A stretch of DNA of 63,676 nucleotides, filler included, from Octopus bimaculoides (taxonomy: Eukaryota): the NCBI RefSeq assembly GCF_001194135.2. It is 10 parts of 9 records of this genome, joined end to end, with 100 filler letters (N's around TTAATTAATTAA, not from the genome) between each part and the next. Parts side by side here need not be neighbours in the genome. Positions count along the whole stretch, not along the records: positions 62,657 to 63,676 come from NC_068992.1; 9 more parts are not named here. One strand, 5' to 3'. Below are positions 63,313 through 63,676 of this stretch, one piece after another (the first letter of the stretch is position 1; every line of letters starts with the position of its first letter). A program made the position numbers and the translations under genes. The notes below the pieces were generated by a model, which did not search any database, was not told the DNA's origin, and was given only the letters and a program-made list of their open reading frames with translations.

Positions 63313-63676
63313 CTTGTATTCTTATTCGCACACCCAGCAACTCTGGCCGCCTACCATGGAATATAAAAGCTTATCGTTCTTCAATACGAAGAAAATCCAC
63401 AACCTTCTGTCTCAATAAACCACTGTTGTCTCTGAAAGTTTTTTTTTTTTTTATTCACTACAGATGACTTGAAGCTAACTTTCTTCCTACACCTCGATAT
63501 ATATATATATATAGCTATATCTAAAATTAAAGTTTAGATATTAGGCTTCAAAATGTAGTGTTCAAACCTTGTTTTGGGGTATGTCTCTAGTAGTGTGCCT
63601 TGAGAACACGTTCACCACTTACGGCTACCAGGTGACATACGCGGTTCTGCACTTTAGACGCAGGATTTACATAAGG

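Overview
AT-rich, microsatellite-dense animal genomic DNA from a gapped draft scaffold. The repeat families look like those of an octopus or other cephalopod (inference). There is no prokaryotic content. Three spliced exons on + (4571-4695, 5391-5579, 8509-8658) encode part of the catalytic domain of a cytosolic carboxypeptidase (CCP2/3, AGBL2/3 type tubulin deglutamylase). One exon on - (25650-25781) encodes the N-terminal IBB domain of an importin-alpha of the KPNA1/5/6 group; I could not find its downstream exons. The rest is intronic or intergenic DNA with decayed transposons (Tc1, mariner, R4/Dong, RTE, Tx1-like, CR1-like, Helitron-like, Penelope-like), tRNA-derived SINEs, palindromic MITEs and simple repeats. 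The most notable signals are: a hammerhead-ribozyme motif of the Penelope type at 9132-9186 (-); R4/Dong insertions into (TAA)n arrays, one of them just upstream of an exon acceptor; a 337-bp near-perfect fold-back element; a fold-back element whose arms carry a tRNA-like A box; and the orphan importin-alpha exon in an apparently CpG-poor block bounded by artificial scaffold linkers. I see no clear evidence of a wholly new biological system. Most long ORFs in the supplied track are artefacts of N gaps or microsatellites.
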